Shown here: piece by piece, positions 35,241-48,100 of the stretch
Numbering within the stretch: the stretch's first letter is position 1
Layout of the letters: each line of letters begins with the position of its first letter
Origin: Tubiluchus corallicola
Taxonomy: Eukaryota > Animalia > Priapulida
Direction: 5' to 3'
Assembly (NCBI GenBank): GCA_030141605.1
Contig: JAQGDQ010000002.1
Span: forward strand, 186,001 to 250,000
DNA length: 64,000 bases
Made by a program: the position numbers and the translations under genes
Notes under the pieces: generated by a model
Seen by the model: the letters and a program-made list of their open reading frames with translations, nothing else
Databases searched by the model: none
Told to the model about the DNA's origin: nothing

Positions 35241-38200
35241 ATGAAGTGGTTCGTGATTGCAAGCTTCTGCCTTTGTGCTGGTGAGTTTTGATCTAGTAAA
35301 ATATACGCTATTTTAGTAAAAAAAAAGTTAACTGTATTTCAAAAACGTAAATCGTTAGACAATGTCATATTAACAAAATAAATAGTACCAGAAGAAGCAT
35401 GCTTTCTGGAGTAGTTAATTAACAATTCTGTTTGCCTTATTTTTATTTAATTTTAATGACAAGGAATTCAATGCAAATTACTGTAATTGTAACTAGGCTG
35501 TCTCTAGTTTTCTGCTTGAAATCAATTTATTGTTTGTTAATTCTAAAAGTATTACACTGCAAAAATGTATTTGTTAATAATTTTGCCTATGAAGGATAAT
35601 AGTTGTAAGCCAAATCCCGGATTCGGGTACCGTCAGTTTAAATATACCACAGTTAAAACGCGCAGTTCAGTTCACTTTTGTAACTGTTATCTTTAGTTTT
35701 TTCGTGGCGTGTTGAATGAAATTTACAGAGACCGGTTTAATAATAAACCTACAAACGGTATTTTTTAAACTGTGTCTGTCGTTTCTTAAGTTGCAAAGGC
35801 TGAGTGTCTGTAAAGAAACACCTGACGTGAATGCCTAATGAAATGGCAACAAAAGATTAGACTGGTTCCAAAACAATATTTTCTTTTGTTTAGCCTTTGC
35901 TGGTCCGTCCAAACGCTTGGGGGTGCCTCTCAGCGCCGAGGATGACTGTGCGGCTGGGCTAGCGTTTTCAAGCGATTTGGACAACTGCCAGATCTTCTAC
36001 ATTTGTGATCACGGCTGGCCAAAGATCACAAATTGCGCAGGAAACACCATCTGGACACCCTCAACCGAAAGATGTGAGGACCCATACGACGCAGTCAACG
36101 ATGATTGTGGTTACGTAGCGCCAATTAGGCCAGAGGAGGTCACTCTTGCTCCAGGACAGATAAGTAAGTATCACGTACTAAACCTTACAATGAGATCTTA
36201 CACGGAGAGGCCAGAATAAAGTAAGACTCAAATATTATGAAAATTCGTTTATATTTTGACTCACATATATAGGGGGTCAACCTCTTATCTGTAGCACACA
36301 AAACACAACGGAACTCAATCGAAAATCTCCTTTCAAAGATGTGTGTTTTTATTTAGAACATTTCACAGCGGATGCCTCCTCAATTACTTCTGATTTCCTT
36401 GTGCCGCTTTCATAATCGATTTTTCTTGGCAGGGGTTAGTGTGCTATGTTAGAGTCACTGTGTGTAATTTTCGAGGATATATGCCCTAATTTAACTCAAT
36501 GCTTTTCTGCAGCTTTTGAAGGTGAAGAATGGGAGTGTATCAGTGGCGACCAGCGCATTGCCTATGCTTCTGTATGTAACGGTGCTGCAGACTGTGACGA
36601 TGGCTCGGACGAAATTGACTGCGCTCCTGATTGCGACCCCGAGGAATGCCAACTTCCCGACTGCAAGTGCAGTGGTTCAGAAATTCCTGGAGGACTCCTC
36701 CCAGATGACATTGGTCAGATGGTAATTATTGCTTGGGACGAAGCTGTAAGGGTTGAGGACTACTCTCACTTGTACCAACAGGTCTTCCAAAAGATTGGTG
36801 CCAACAGACGACGTGAGCCAAGAAGGAACCCTGATGGATGTCCAGCTGTTGGCACGTTCTTTGTCAGTCATCAGTTCACTGACTATGCAGCTCTGCAGAG
36901 CTTGTACGGTCAAGGACACGAAATTGCTGTACACTCCATCAGGTAAGGAAAGCCCTTTCTTTGTAATAATTAAAATAAATAAATCTTGCCAGTTATAAAG
37001 TAAACATATAAAGTAGGCTTATAGAGAATTTCTTTGCATTTTTTATTTTCTAAGCTGATAGTAGTAAAATAAAATGTAAATGAATAAAATGACGTGTCTT
37101 TCATCCTTGAAGGTAAGCAGAAGACTAATATGTTGTGTAAAATAAGTAACTCAATGTTTATTGTTTGTTTCAGTAAAACCTTGCCAGCTGATTACTTTAG
37201 AGAACTTGACATGGCCGGCAATGCTGCGGAATACGCTGGAGGTCGCCGCATCATGAATGAACTGGCTTTCATCCCAGAAAGTTCCGTTGTAGGTTCCCGA
37301 GCTGCTTACCTCCAAACCAGTGGAGACTCATACATCCGGGCGCTTGCCAACAATGGCTTCCAGTGGGATTCCTCTTACCCCACTGCTATGATAGACCCAC
37401 CCGCCTGGCCCGCCTCTTATCATTACAAGCAAGTAACTGGCTGTTCAGTTGCTCCTTGCCCAACTGGCTCTACTCCACTTATGTGGAACTTCCCTCTTGT
37501 GGATTTTTTTGATACCAACGACACTCTTTGTGCCAATGTTGATAGCTGCTACTTCCCATTGGACAGGGAAGAAGCAAAAGAGTTGCTGAGTTCAAACTTT
37601 GATCGTCACTACAGAAATAACAAGGCTCCTTTCACACTGAATCTCCGTGATAGGTAATGTGAAACATTTTTTCGCACTTCCTCTTTTATTGTAGAATTTT
37701 ACCGCTTTACCTATCAGTTATACATTTCATTGATAAGCTAGTTAATAATGATATTCTTAGTGAACAAGAATATCTAAAAATGATGGCTAGTCATTTAGTT
37801 TTAAAATGGATTGTAACTCATACTTAGCATATAATTTTGGCATAAGTTCAAAAGCTCATGATGCAGTAATACATTAATTTTTGAATTAATTGTAAAAAAG
37901 CAACCCCGTTAGAAGAAAAAGACTTCAAAGATACATACACTGATGAAATAAATTAATTTAATTTTTTTGCTCTTAGATGGTTTTACAATGATGGTTACCA
38001 CAATTTAGAAGCTCTACAGGAATTTATGGATGAGATTGAAGCCATGGATGATGTATTCATCGTCACTTACAGTCAAGCCTTAGAGTGGATCAAGAACCCA
38101 GTACCTCTCTCCCAGATGAGTTTTGAGTGTGACTACAGCGATCGCGTTCAGCTCTGTGATAACATCAATCTCTGCAGCTATTTCAATATCACTTATCAGC

Positions 38201-38277
38201 CAAACAGTGAGGACCATCCCGGAGACAGGTTCTTCCAGACATGCGCAGAATGCCCAGAAGAATATCCATGGGTATAA
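35241..38277 (+). CDS. Secreted chitin deacetylase-like protein (signal peptide + CBM14/peritrophin-A + LDLa + CE4 domain), 506 aa, probably catalytically altered
   Basis: Exons 35241-35280, 35894-36163, 36513-36942, 37174-37653, 37977-38277 (1521 nt, in frame, GT-AG). Signal MKWFVIASFCLCAAFA; 6-Cys chitin-binding module; DCDDGSDE LDLa; CDPEECQLPDCKCSG..IPGGL, RNPDGCP, TFFVSH, GHEIAVHS, NFDRHY, CPEEYPWV typical of animal CDAs. Confidence 0.93.
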
Positions 38278-38284
38278 GCAACAA

Positions 38285-38290
38285 AATAAA
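38285..38290 (+). terminator. Candidate polyadenylation signal of the CDA-like gene (second AATAAA at ~38520)
   Basis: AATAAA just after the stop codon at 38277; AT-rich background weakens the call. Confidence 0.3.
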
Positions 38291-38959
38291 ATTGAACGTA
38301 TTTAAAAAGGCAAACTGTAGGATATACTCTGCTGTGTCTATTGTAGTAGTGTTAATTTAACGCATAGATGTACAGGCTCTCCTGTGTAAATAATGACCTA
38401 CAAACAGAAGTTAGTAATTATTTTTCGTAGAATCAACTTTTGGATCGTAGTTTGTAGTAGCTTGCCGTAAATATATATAAAACATGTGAACAGAAACTAG
38501 GCTGTGTACAAGTTTTTTTAATAAAGTTTACAAACTTGCTACACAACAAAAATTGTTTCGAAAATTGGCAGGCGTAATTAAATGGTGTGAGTAAAATGAT
38601 TTTAGAATGGCTAACCCATGCATTTATAGAATTTTTGTTTACTTTAGTTAAATAAAGACTTTGTCGAGTAAATCAATTCAAGAAATCGTAAATTACATAG
38701 ACCAATAACAATAAATCACCAGACTTAGTTGTCTCGCTGCATTAGCTGCTATACTACTAAAATGCTCTTATGAATATAATATGTACAAAGCATAACGTTT
38801 ATAAAGTGTAATTTTGCATTTGAAATAAAGCAAGTAATTTTGTACAAAAATGTTAGTATTTGTCGTTGAATTCAAAAAAGTACATGTTTCCTGTTACAAT
38901 ATCACTACTAGAGCTTTATAAGCATGTGCGTATTCTAGACAAAAACTCTGAACCGACTA

Positions 38960-39329
38960 GTTTCAGAATAGCGAGTTTTCTTGCGTTTACGTAGCGTCCG
39001 GATGTCTATGCGTTTCCACATGCGGAATAGCTGCTGAAGTCAATAGGCATAGCTGCTGAAAAAAAAAAACGCATACGCAGGCTGCATAAACGGGTGCATT
39101 GAAAACAATATAAACCGATTTTATCTATTCCGCACCCAAAACGTATGCGTATCCAGATGTTACGTAAGCGCCATTTAACTCGCTATTCGCCAAGTTACTC
39201 GCAAGCGTGTTCAATTAGTTCAGAGAGTTTGCAACTTCTTGTCGACAGTAACTCTAAAGCAGTTCACACTTGTGAGTTTGCTGTCAGAGAGAAAATTCGC
39301 GACAGAAAACTCGCTAGTCTGAACGTACC
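38960..39329. mobile_element. MITE of the same family as 4415-4646, carrying a nested hairpin element (38983-39171)
   Basis: Outer ttcagaatagcgagttttct...agaaaactcgctagtctgaa; inner gcgtttacgtagcgtccggat..gcggaatag / ctattccgc..atccagatgttacgtaagcgc. Confidence 0.65.
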
Positions 39330-41748
39330 GTTAGACTAAAGAAGCAAGAACACTGCAAAATAAAGTTATAGTGAATCCATTTTTCAATAGGCGGTATTAA
39401 AAAATGGTAAAGAGCAGCACACACTGCTTTGTTTTCGTCAATTTATACAGCACAACACTTAACCACGAAGAAAAATGAATCAAAATAGGAAAAGACAAAC
39501 TTTCACAACAAAAGAGTGATGATGTAAATACACTGGAACATTATTTTAAAATTTTTCTCAAAGTGCAGTACGTAGCTGAATTTCTCAAACTGACGTTTTC
39601 CTTTACCTCAGTAATACCTGGAATTCACTCCATTAGGGAAACGCCCAGGTATTCCGTAAGATTGATTTAAACTGTAAAATTTCTGCTGCAACTGCCAGTG
39701 GAACCATTTAAGAGGTGATCCTAACGCAAACAGCATCATGTTTTATTACTTAACAGCAGGCATTTGTCGCCTGCAGGGACAGTTACTACATTATTCGTCA
39801 TAACCTCTGATACACAAGCGCAGCCGCAGGTGTTAGAACTGCTTCAAACGCTCTAAATATTTTTACCGAAGTTCTAATTACGTTATTTTGGTCGACACCC
39901 TCCGATCGACAAAATGATCCACCTCTGAATTATTTCAGCAGGCGATTCTCTTTCCTTGCGGCGAGAAGATCCGCATAATGCCCAAGGACGCTTGGTTCAT
40001 TCGTTTCACATTAAAAGTTCCTTGTGGACATGCCTACAAGGTGACAGTAATTGATGGCGTTTATGTACAGATAATGATATTCTGTTAATAATGACGTTGG
40101 ACTTAAACAGTTACTTGCACTGCAATGAATAAAACAACTTTGGGACACGTGTGTTTCACTAGAGGGTATTTGTTGTGAATTAGTATTACTGATTAGTGTT
40201 GTATGTTAATTGCTGTTATAGTAATGCAGTTATTAGTGCGATAAGCATGTAGATGTTTTCGGTATTGCATAACAAACTTGTTTACGTTTTCTGGTACGCC
40301 ACCTCATAGGTTATTAATTACCACGCAACAAATCTTTTTCAGCAACAAACTACCAGTTTTTGCTGAATACATGTTATTAGAAGCTCTCTGAACATAATCT
40401 GTATTACATACATGGCACATTAGATCTTTTTCAGATTCTTTTCATTCCTTGGCTCATTCCTTGGATATACTCCGCGCTGAAAACATTTATCTTTTTTGAA
40501 GCAACTAATTTATTATTGTACTTGGTGCTCTGTACTTGATATGATAGTGTGGCTCATGAAGCACTGATATGTTCTGGACGGGTGATGGTGCACTAGTAGC
40601 CATCTTGATTGCTGGAACACAGCCATATTGTGTTGCTGTTGGTGGAGCATTACCTATATCTAGTTGGACATTGGTTCATATCTAGTGTGGGGCGATGTGT
40701 TGAGGAGTAACATCGGACACAACACACTTTCTAACACAGGGGAAGGATACTGATCAACTAGATTGCATAGTGTACGATTTAGCCATAAACCTGATCTTTT
40801 CATATATATATTTACTTTGAATTAATAGATTGGAGCTGTTTATTATTGAGCTATGATCTGGTGTAGAATTGTTGACACATGTGTTTATTTGAGGCTATGT
40901 CACGTGACAGTCTGCAGTACTAACATGTAAATACTATTAAGCTCACACTTTTTCTAGATGTTTTCTAAAAACCGAACCTCATTTTGACTCAGAGTTTATA
41001 GGGTTACATAATAATATATTACGCAGCTATCACGATTTTTTAAAACTCTTTCACTTAAGGCTTATAAATGTTCGAAAATAACTGCTTTTCGGTTAAATTG
41101 TCAAGGTCTAGCAAGTAAAAATGTCAATACGACTAATAAATTTATTAAAAAAGCAAAAGTTGAATGAGAGAGGTGGCACACTCGGTCACGTGCCTAAGAA
41201 CCTTATTTTGGGGCGGTAATGATTAACACCAAAGCAAGTAAGGCTGAAAAAATCTCTCATTAAAGTCCTCAGATGGCTTAAAAGTTTCAAATATGTTATT
41301 AATTGGTGGAGTTTGCCAATTAAATATTTAGGCCTTTAAGAACAAGTACGTTACGCTCACTGAATATTTCGTTGCAGCAGCCAACAGACCAAACGCAGTG
41401 TATTTTTCCTTTAACTGTAATTTTGGATTTGCTTTAACGTGTACACTAATTGCTAAAAGATTTCGTCGTGCATTGGCATAGCATTTAAAAATCAGCGAGA
41501 AAGTTTGCATTTTCTTAATAACACTTTGGGTTACATTATTTTTTTAACATATACGCACGTATATTGCCTATCTCAAACGTGCCTCTTGAAAAAACTAAAC
41601 AAGCTGCGGGTTGGCTCACTTATTTCAAAAGTCCACGAGTATTAGCAACTGCCGCCAAACACATTGGTCTATCGCTCCGCCTCAGCTGTAACGTAAGCAC
41701 GCTCAGCGGCTTTCGGGACAACGGCTCACGCTGAACAACAACTGTCTC

Positions 41749-41972
41749 AACTAGACTAGACTAGACTAGACTAGACTAGATTAGACTAGACTAGACTAGA
41801 CTAGACTAGACTAGACTAGACCAGACCAGACTAGACTAGATTAGACTAGACTAGACTAGACTAGACTAGACTAGACTAGACTAGACTAGACTAGACTAGA
41901 CTAGACTAGACTAAACTAAACTAAACTAAACTAAACTAAACTAAAACTAAAACTAAACTAAACTAAACTAAA
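41749..41972. repeat. (ACTAG)n shifting to (ACTAA)n pentamer array
   Basis: ctaga repeats followed by ctaaa repeats. Confidence 0.97.
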
Positions 41973-44373
41973 CAGCATAACAGTCACAACTAATGCCTAA
42001 TCAACAGATAAACTGTTTGAACTTTTTTATAAACATATTTGCAGAGAGGTAGCTATTTTTAAACGAAATTAACACTTCAAGAAGCCAAATAATGACTTTT
42101 CAATTTAAACAGAATGTAGAGACGCAGTACAGAGACAGAAAATACAGAGACATAAGTATAATAAAGAAACTAAGCCAGTTAGACTGCTTTAAAATAAATG
42201 AGCAACAAAAATAGTAAGTCTCTCTTGCCTTTGAACATACGAACATCATGCCTGCGATGTATTTTTTTATATTAACTGGTGATATGCCCGTCTGCAAGAT
42301 TTATTCAGTTTTTGTATTTCTCCATTTGTTAGGCTATGAAAATAGAATAAATTTGATTGTTCCCTTCCATCGACGACCCTTATATCGAATGCAATTTAAA
42401 TCGATGACTTCTATATCGACTGTACGAGTTACATATGCCCAATGGCATCTTTAACCATGATTACATGCAGAAAAATAGCGTAAAATAGCTAATACTATAT
42501 TGTTGTATAATATAGATTTTGACCACATTTGAATTAATTTTGACTGTGAAGATCTCATTGATGTTTATAAAAACTGGACTGAAAACAAAACAGTTTGTTT
42601 TGTCCTTATTTAAAGTGTTTTATCTAGCTTGCAAAGCCATAAACTAAACTAAACTGCGTATTTTCTTGACTGCAAAATCGTTTAACCAGCAACTCATACA
42701 CGCAAGCGTTGTGCATCTCTTCCTATAAACGAAACTAGACTATATATTTGCACTAATTTACTTGCAATTTCAATTAACAATAATAAAATCTAGCACCAAG
42801 CCAATATTTTTCCCGCCAAGTAATGAAAAGTTGAGCATTTTTCACAACAGTGTTAGACGGAGCTGTAGCAAAATGTCCCGAACGTAGCTGCGTTAATTAA
42901 GCTCTGCAGGTGTGTGAAATAACTTGCACGCAGATTGGGCAGCCAACGAAAATGATTGACATTATGTTAGACGTCAATTAAGTTACAGAGCAATAAGTAG
43001 TTAAGTAACAGTAGGTTGCGTAATGAGTAATTCACACAACTTAATGGCATTTTAATTAACATTACCACACGTGTAATGAAAGTTAAAATGGAACTGAAGT
43101 ACGTCGACGATTAATAATTCAGTAATGGTAAAAATGACTGATGTCTTGTAAATTGCGACTTAAAAATGGTTCTATGTTGTAAAAGCCTTAAATGCATGTA
43201 CATATGAAATTATGTGTGTATTAGTACCACAGTGACACTTTTGTTAAAGAAATAATTAAACATAATGCTGCTTAGCTACATTAGCGCCAGCCAAGCGACG
43301 ATAATTTCGAAGGAAAATTAAAATTTTGTATTGAAGTTTAAACAAATTGCAAGCAAAAGAGCTTCCTGCATCAAGTTTCTGCTTAAAATACCAAGATTTT
43401 TTTCCTACTTATATTTATTGCAAGAACAAAACTGAAAGTGTGGGAACACTGATGGATTCATGAAAAAATTCAAGGACGAGGAATAGATTTGAGTCCAATG
43501 AGCTGTGCTGGGAATTCAATAATAGAAGTTGGAATTAGAGAAATAACTTTTCGCATATATGTACTTTTCGTAACTGTAACGTTAGATTTAAAAAACCTAC
43601 TGAAGAAGATTAACACTAAACAACAACAAATGCAAACTAGCTTTAACACACCCAATTTATTGGTTTTTAGTATCTTGAGTTTACATATTTTGAGCCATGG
43701 CATCGAAGGTAATTCCATGAATAATCACACCAAAAGGAAAAGTGACGGATCAATTTCTCTGTTGATATATGATTTTTGGACAAACACCGCCTGTCCCAAA
43801 CAATCTGGTTACTCGACCAAGCCCTAAAATTGAATTTTGATTGTACTGTTTTACTGACGTTCATAATTATCGTTGTGAATAAGATATCGTTTTTTGTTTA
43901 GCATTTGTAGTTCTTAAAGTTAAATCACAATCAGGAAATTGATTTCGGTAAGATAGGTATGATTTAGTCATTAATTTACTGAATACCTTTGTAGAAATAA
44001 CCTTGAGTGGAGTTTTGTTTAATGATTTTGTTATGATTTATAACCTTGGGTACTTATTCATTTTTTATATTTTCCTTGGTACCTTGAATAATCATAATTT
44101 AATTTTTCTTGTTTGAAACAGTTAAGTACTGGCAGGTAGACTTTATAACACCTAATACACACGTTTGAAAATTCAGCTGCAAGTTGTGTGGCGAAGTTAG
44201 TACACTTTACAGAACAACAATATTATAGTTATTATATTCATTTAAAACTGAGGTACGTTTTGTGTGCGTTTTTACGCGCATCACACCATATCACACAGAA
44301 AGTGTAGGCATATTTAGGCCTATATGGTTAAAGACCATATTATTTTAAAAATTCTAACTATTGTGTTGTGAAC

Positions 44374-44491
<118 letters not shown>

Positions 44492-44499
44492 GTATAAAT

Positions 44500-45064
44500 T
44501 ACATAACGATAATCCGCAGTACACCTGTGAACTTCTCTTTTTACATCATTCGTCATTCGCTAGGATCTAACATTGTGCTAAGATCTAGGACCTTTATTGT
44601 ACCTGCCTGTGTATAAACGTAGCATGGTTCAAAATCGATCTTTTAGGTTTAGTGGCCCCAGTCTCTGGAATGCCCTTTCGTATGAAATCAGGTGTTGCGA
44701 AAATTTTTAGACATCTTTTACAGACTCATTTATTAAAACAAGCGTACAACTGATTGCAGTTTTGGATTCTATAACCAAAATGAATTTTATTGTTATTATT
44801 GTGACTGAATACGTAGAGTTTTACTGCGATTCTTACCATATGTACTCTCGTAACCGTTTCTTCCTAAAGGCTTCATTAACTATTTTATATCAGAATAAGT
44901 TTTTTCTATGGTTTTACTTTAATTTTACTAAATTTTTCTTGTGAATTTTTGTACTTTTTAGCTGTTTTAAATCGTCATTTCAGTAATAGTTTTACGTATT
45001 TTTTCCTGTTCAAGCACACATTTATATGGATTTTAGGCTATATGAAATAAGTAAACTTAAACTT
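44500..45064 (+). mobile_element. L2/CR1-type LINE 3' end remnant
   Basis: FRFSGPSLWNAL motif at ~44640-44680; T-rich 3' UTR ending gaaataagtaaacttaaactta. Confidence 0.55.
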
Positions 45065-45190
45065 ATGTATGTGGTTTTGCCATTTGCAGCTTTTATAATA
45101 TTCTATAAGTTACTATATATTCTTTAATTTAAATTTTTGATGTACACCATTAGATCACATTAACTTTTCACATTTTATAGCACATTGCAT

Positions 45191-48100
45191 TCAATTTTCG
45201 TCCCAAGCAGTCAACTGAGTGGCGGAATGGCGACCACCATAGTTTTCTTCTTTCTCCGCTAGAGGCCAGCACTGCCCGACTGTAGAAAAGGACGCACTTA
45301 GCCGAGTGTTTTCGTCAGGATATTTTGTCGGTTGACCCATGTTTTGTGGCCAAATCTGCTGACTTGATGGCAGTCTATTTAACAAGAAAAATGTACTAAT
45401 GTTCAACTGGGGAATATCTGCGGCAATCTCGATCAAAAGAGTGATGCTGACTAGCCCTACATACAGGTATACTGAAAAAAAACAACAAAAAGCTCTTTGT
45501 CTGATTGTTCACTTCATTTTTAAAATAACCAAATTAGAGAACCCGTTATTAAACAAGATGCAGTGTCACACATTGTGCATTTTCGCTTACAGGCTGAATT
45601 AAGTAGCCTGATTTTGTAAGAACTTGTTTTTAATGATCCGTTTCAACATCTATTTATATCATAACGACAAGGTATAGCAAGCGCTACCATTGTAGTTGAA
45701 ACAGAATTGGAAACAAGATTTTCAGCTCATTTGGACCTATTAAAAAGACTGGTTCTGTAATTTAAATTATGACAATCAAAGTTGCATAATAATACAGATT
45801 GTAGGACCTTGCATTCTGGTGACTAGTGCAAAAAGCAAAAGGTTGTGGTCGCTTTGCTATTGCAATCAGAGACATGCAGTGATTAAGCTTCTGTGATCTA
45901 TCAACATTGCTATTATCGTCATCAGTTTTATTACCACATTCGACATATCTGCCACGCCTGATACGTGATAATACTTCCTATAGTTTTTCAATGATGCTGG
46001 CTAATTAATCAGATACTGTCCAGCACCAGCAGTTGTTGTGACATTATTAAAATTAAAGATACTACCTGTTGTAATTATTTTATAGAAGCCTCGATATTCC
46101 AGGCCAGAATTGTGATCACCCGGTATGTAATCACCCAGACCAATGGTGGTCAATGATATCCAGCAGTAGTAAAAGGCCTCCAGAACATTCCATTGTTTTT
46201 CTATAATCGAGAAAAGTATGGAAGGCAAGAGGAAGATCGGGATGAAGACTATGATAGTTACAATTGAGATGTAAAAAAGACCAATGTGAAAAGGAGAGAA
46301 GAGGTGTCCTAGTCGAGAGTTGAGAAAATGAAGGAGACTAGTAAATGGAATTCGCAGCCTTTCAGCCAGAGCAGCTATAAGCATGAACGTCATTGGAACA
46401 CCTGCAAAAGAAGCCAATCAGTAATTACGTGTCATCAAGGAATTTCGTTCTGTTTGCTTACGTAGTACTTTAAAAGTTCTGTTCAGTAATTTTAGAAGTG
46501 GCTTACCAATAGTATTTTAACAAATATTGTGCTCAATGTGGTGAAATCTATAGCCAAGAAGATGAAGCATCATAGGCTAGGATCGGTAAGTTGTGAGCTG
46601 ATTCATCTACAGAGCAACGGAAACATTTTTTCTTAGTCAGGTGGTCACTGGGTGTGCATAGTGACTGAAGTTAAATAACACCGAAGCGGTTCCTCTTGCC
46701 GGCTTCATTTATAACACAGAACTCGTCGAGACTGGATGTTTTTTAGTATTTTCCATTGAATATTTCATTGAATGTAGTTAAAAAACCCTGCTGGTTCAGT
46801 GTTTCATCTCAGAGGAAATGTATTGATAGTAAGCCAGGTCCGGTCCCGTCACAACCGTCTAAAACACACAGTCACTGAGTATTGCATTCCAGCTTACAGA
46901 ATGAACGTCGAACTTTATAAGAAAAATTATATTATTAACTGTATCTCGGTAATACTATAAAGAAACTACCTTTACTAATTTTTCATTTAAAAACTGTTTT
47001 AATGACTGGAAATTTTAGAAATGTGTTTGCTTTCTTACCGATTATAGAGTAAACCATACAAAATATCTTTCCACCTTCTGTAACAGGTGTTATGTGTCCA
47101 TATCCTGTGAATACAGAGAATGATTGGTTAACTGTTGTACACCTTATTTACCTGCACGCGTCTATCACAGTTTTACAAGACTAACTGAGCGACTGGCTGA
47201 TTGACTCATTCGGCTGAGTTGCTGATTAACGGACGGATGGATAGAATGAGTCAGCCCTAGAAACTGACTAGTGATTGTCTAAAACTCAAACTATTGACAG
47301 ACCACCCAATGGCCTAATTGGGCTGGCTAACTGACCGACTGACCAAATTCATTATAATAACAAAACTAATGGTTATAGACAAACTGCTGTTACCTATTGT
47401 CGTGATTATAGTTCCAGCGAAAAAGAAGGACTGACTAAAGCTCCAATTGATCTGATCCACAGAAACATTTCCTATGATGTTGACACTAGATGATTTAGCG
47501 TCGAAAATGTTCTCAAGAAAAATTTCTAGATCTTCTTCTGCAAAAGTGAACAGCAACAAGTTTCCTTCATGTGCAGGCATTTTTCTCTGTAGTTTCCATA
47601 AGCAAATGTTGTAACAGTTAGTAATAGTACAGTGCGTTATGTCAGTAATTTGGAGCTAGCTTGATATTTGTGCCAAAATTGATTTTTGTGGCTAGTTAAT
47701 TCAGTTTGGGGATGCTGAATTCAGAAATGATAGGTACCATTTTTTCGTGCACATCTTCGGCCTCCATTTTGGATTTCAAAATGGTCGCCACTAACATTTA
47801 AAAATTAAGTTCGTTGCTGAATTTCTCATAGGGCTTTGAGCTAAGTTCAATTTTTCCACAAATAAGAAAGTGTGGGACGGGATTGACGTGCATTAAATAC
47901 TTTTAAAAAGTGAGCGTGGCTAAGTCACGTGACAGGGGCTAAAATGTCCAAATTGGTGCAAATGTCTTTATCGCTCAATTGATCTTATAGTATTTTGCTA
48001 GGATCCCTTTGTTTTGAGTTTGTAGGCAGCTGGGTAGGCATAGATGATCATTTCAAAAATTGGGGTAAGGTCACGTGACATAGACGAAAGTGTAAAAATT

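Noticed and set aside
39930-40045. Exon-like GC-richer segment open in two frames
   Set aside because: No recognisable protein motif and no partner exons found
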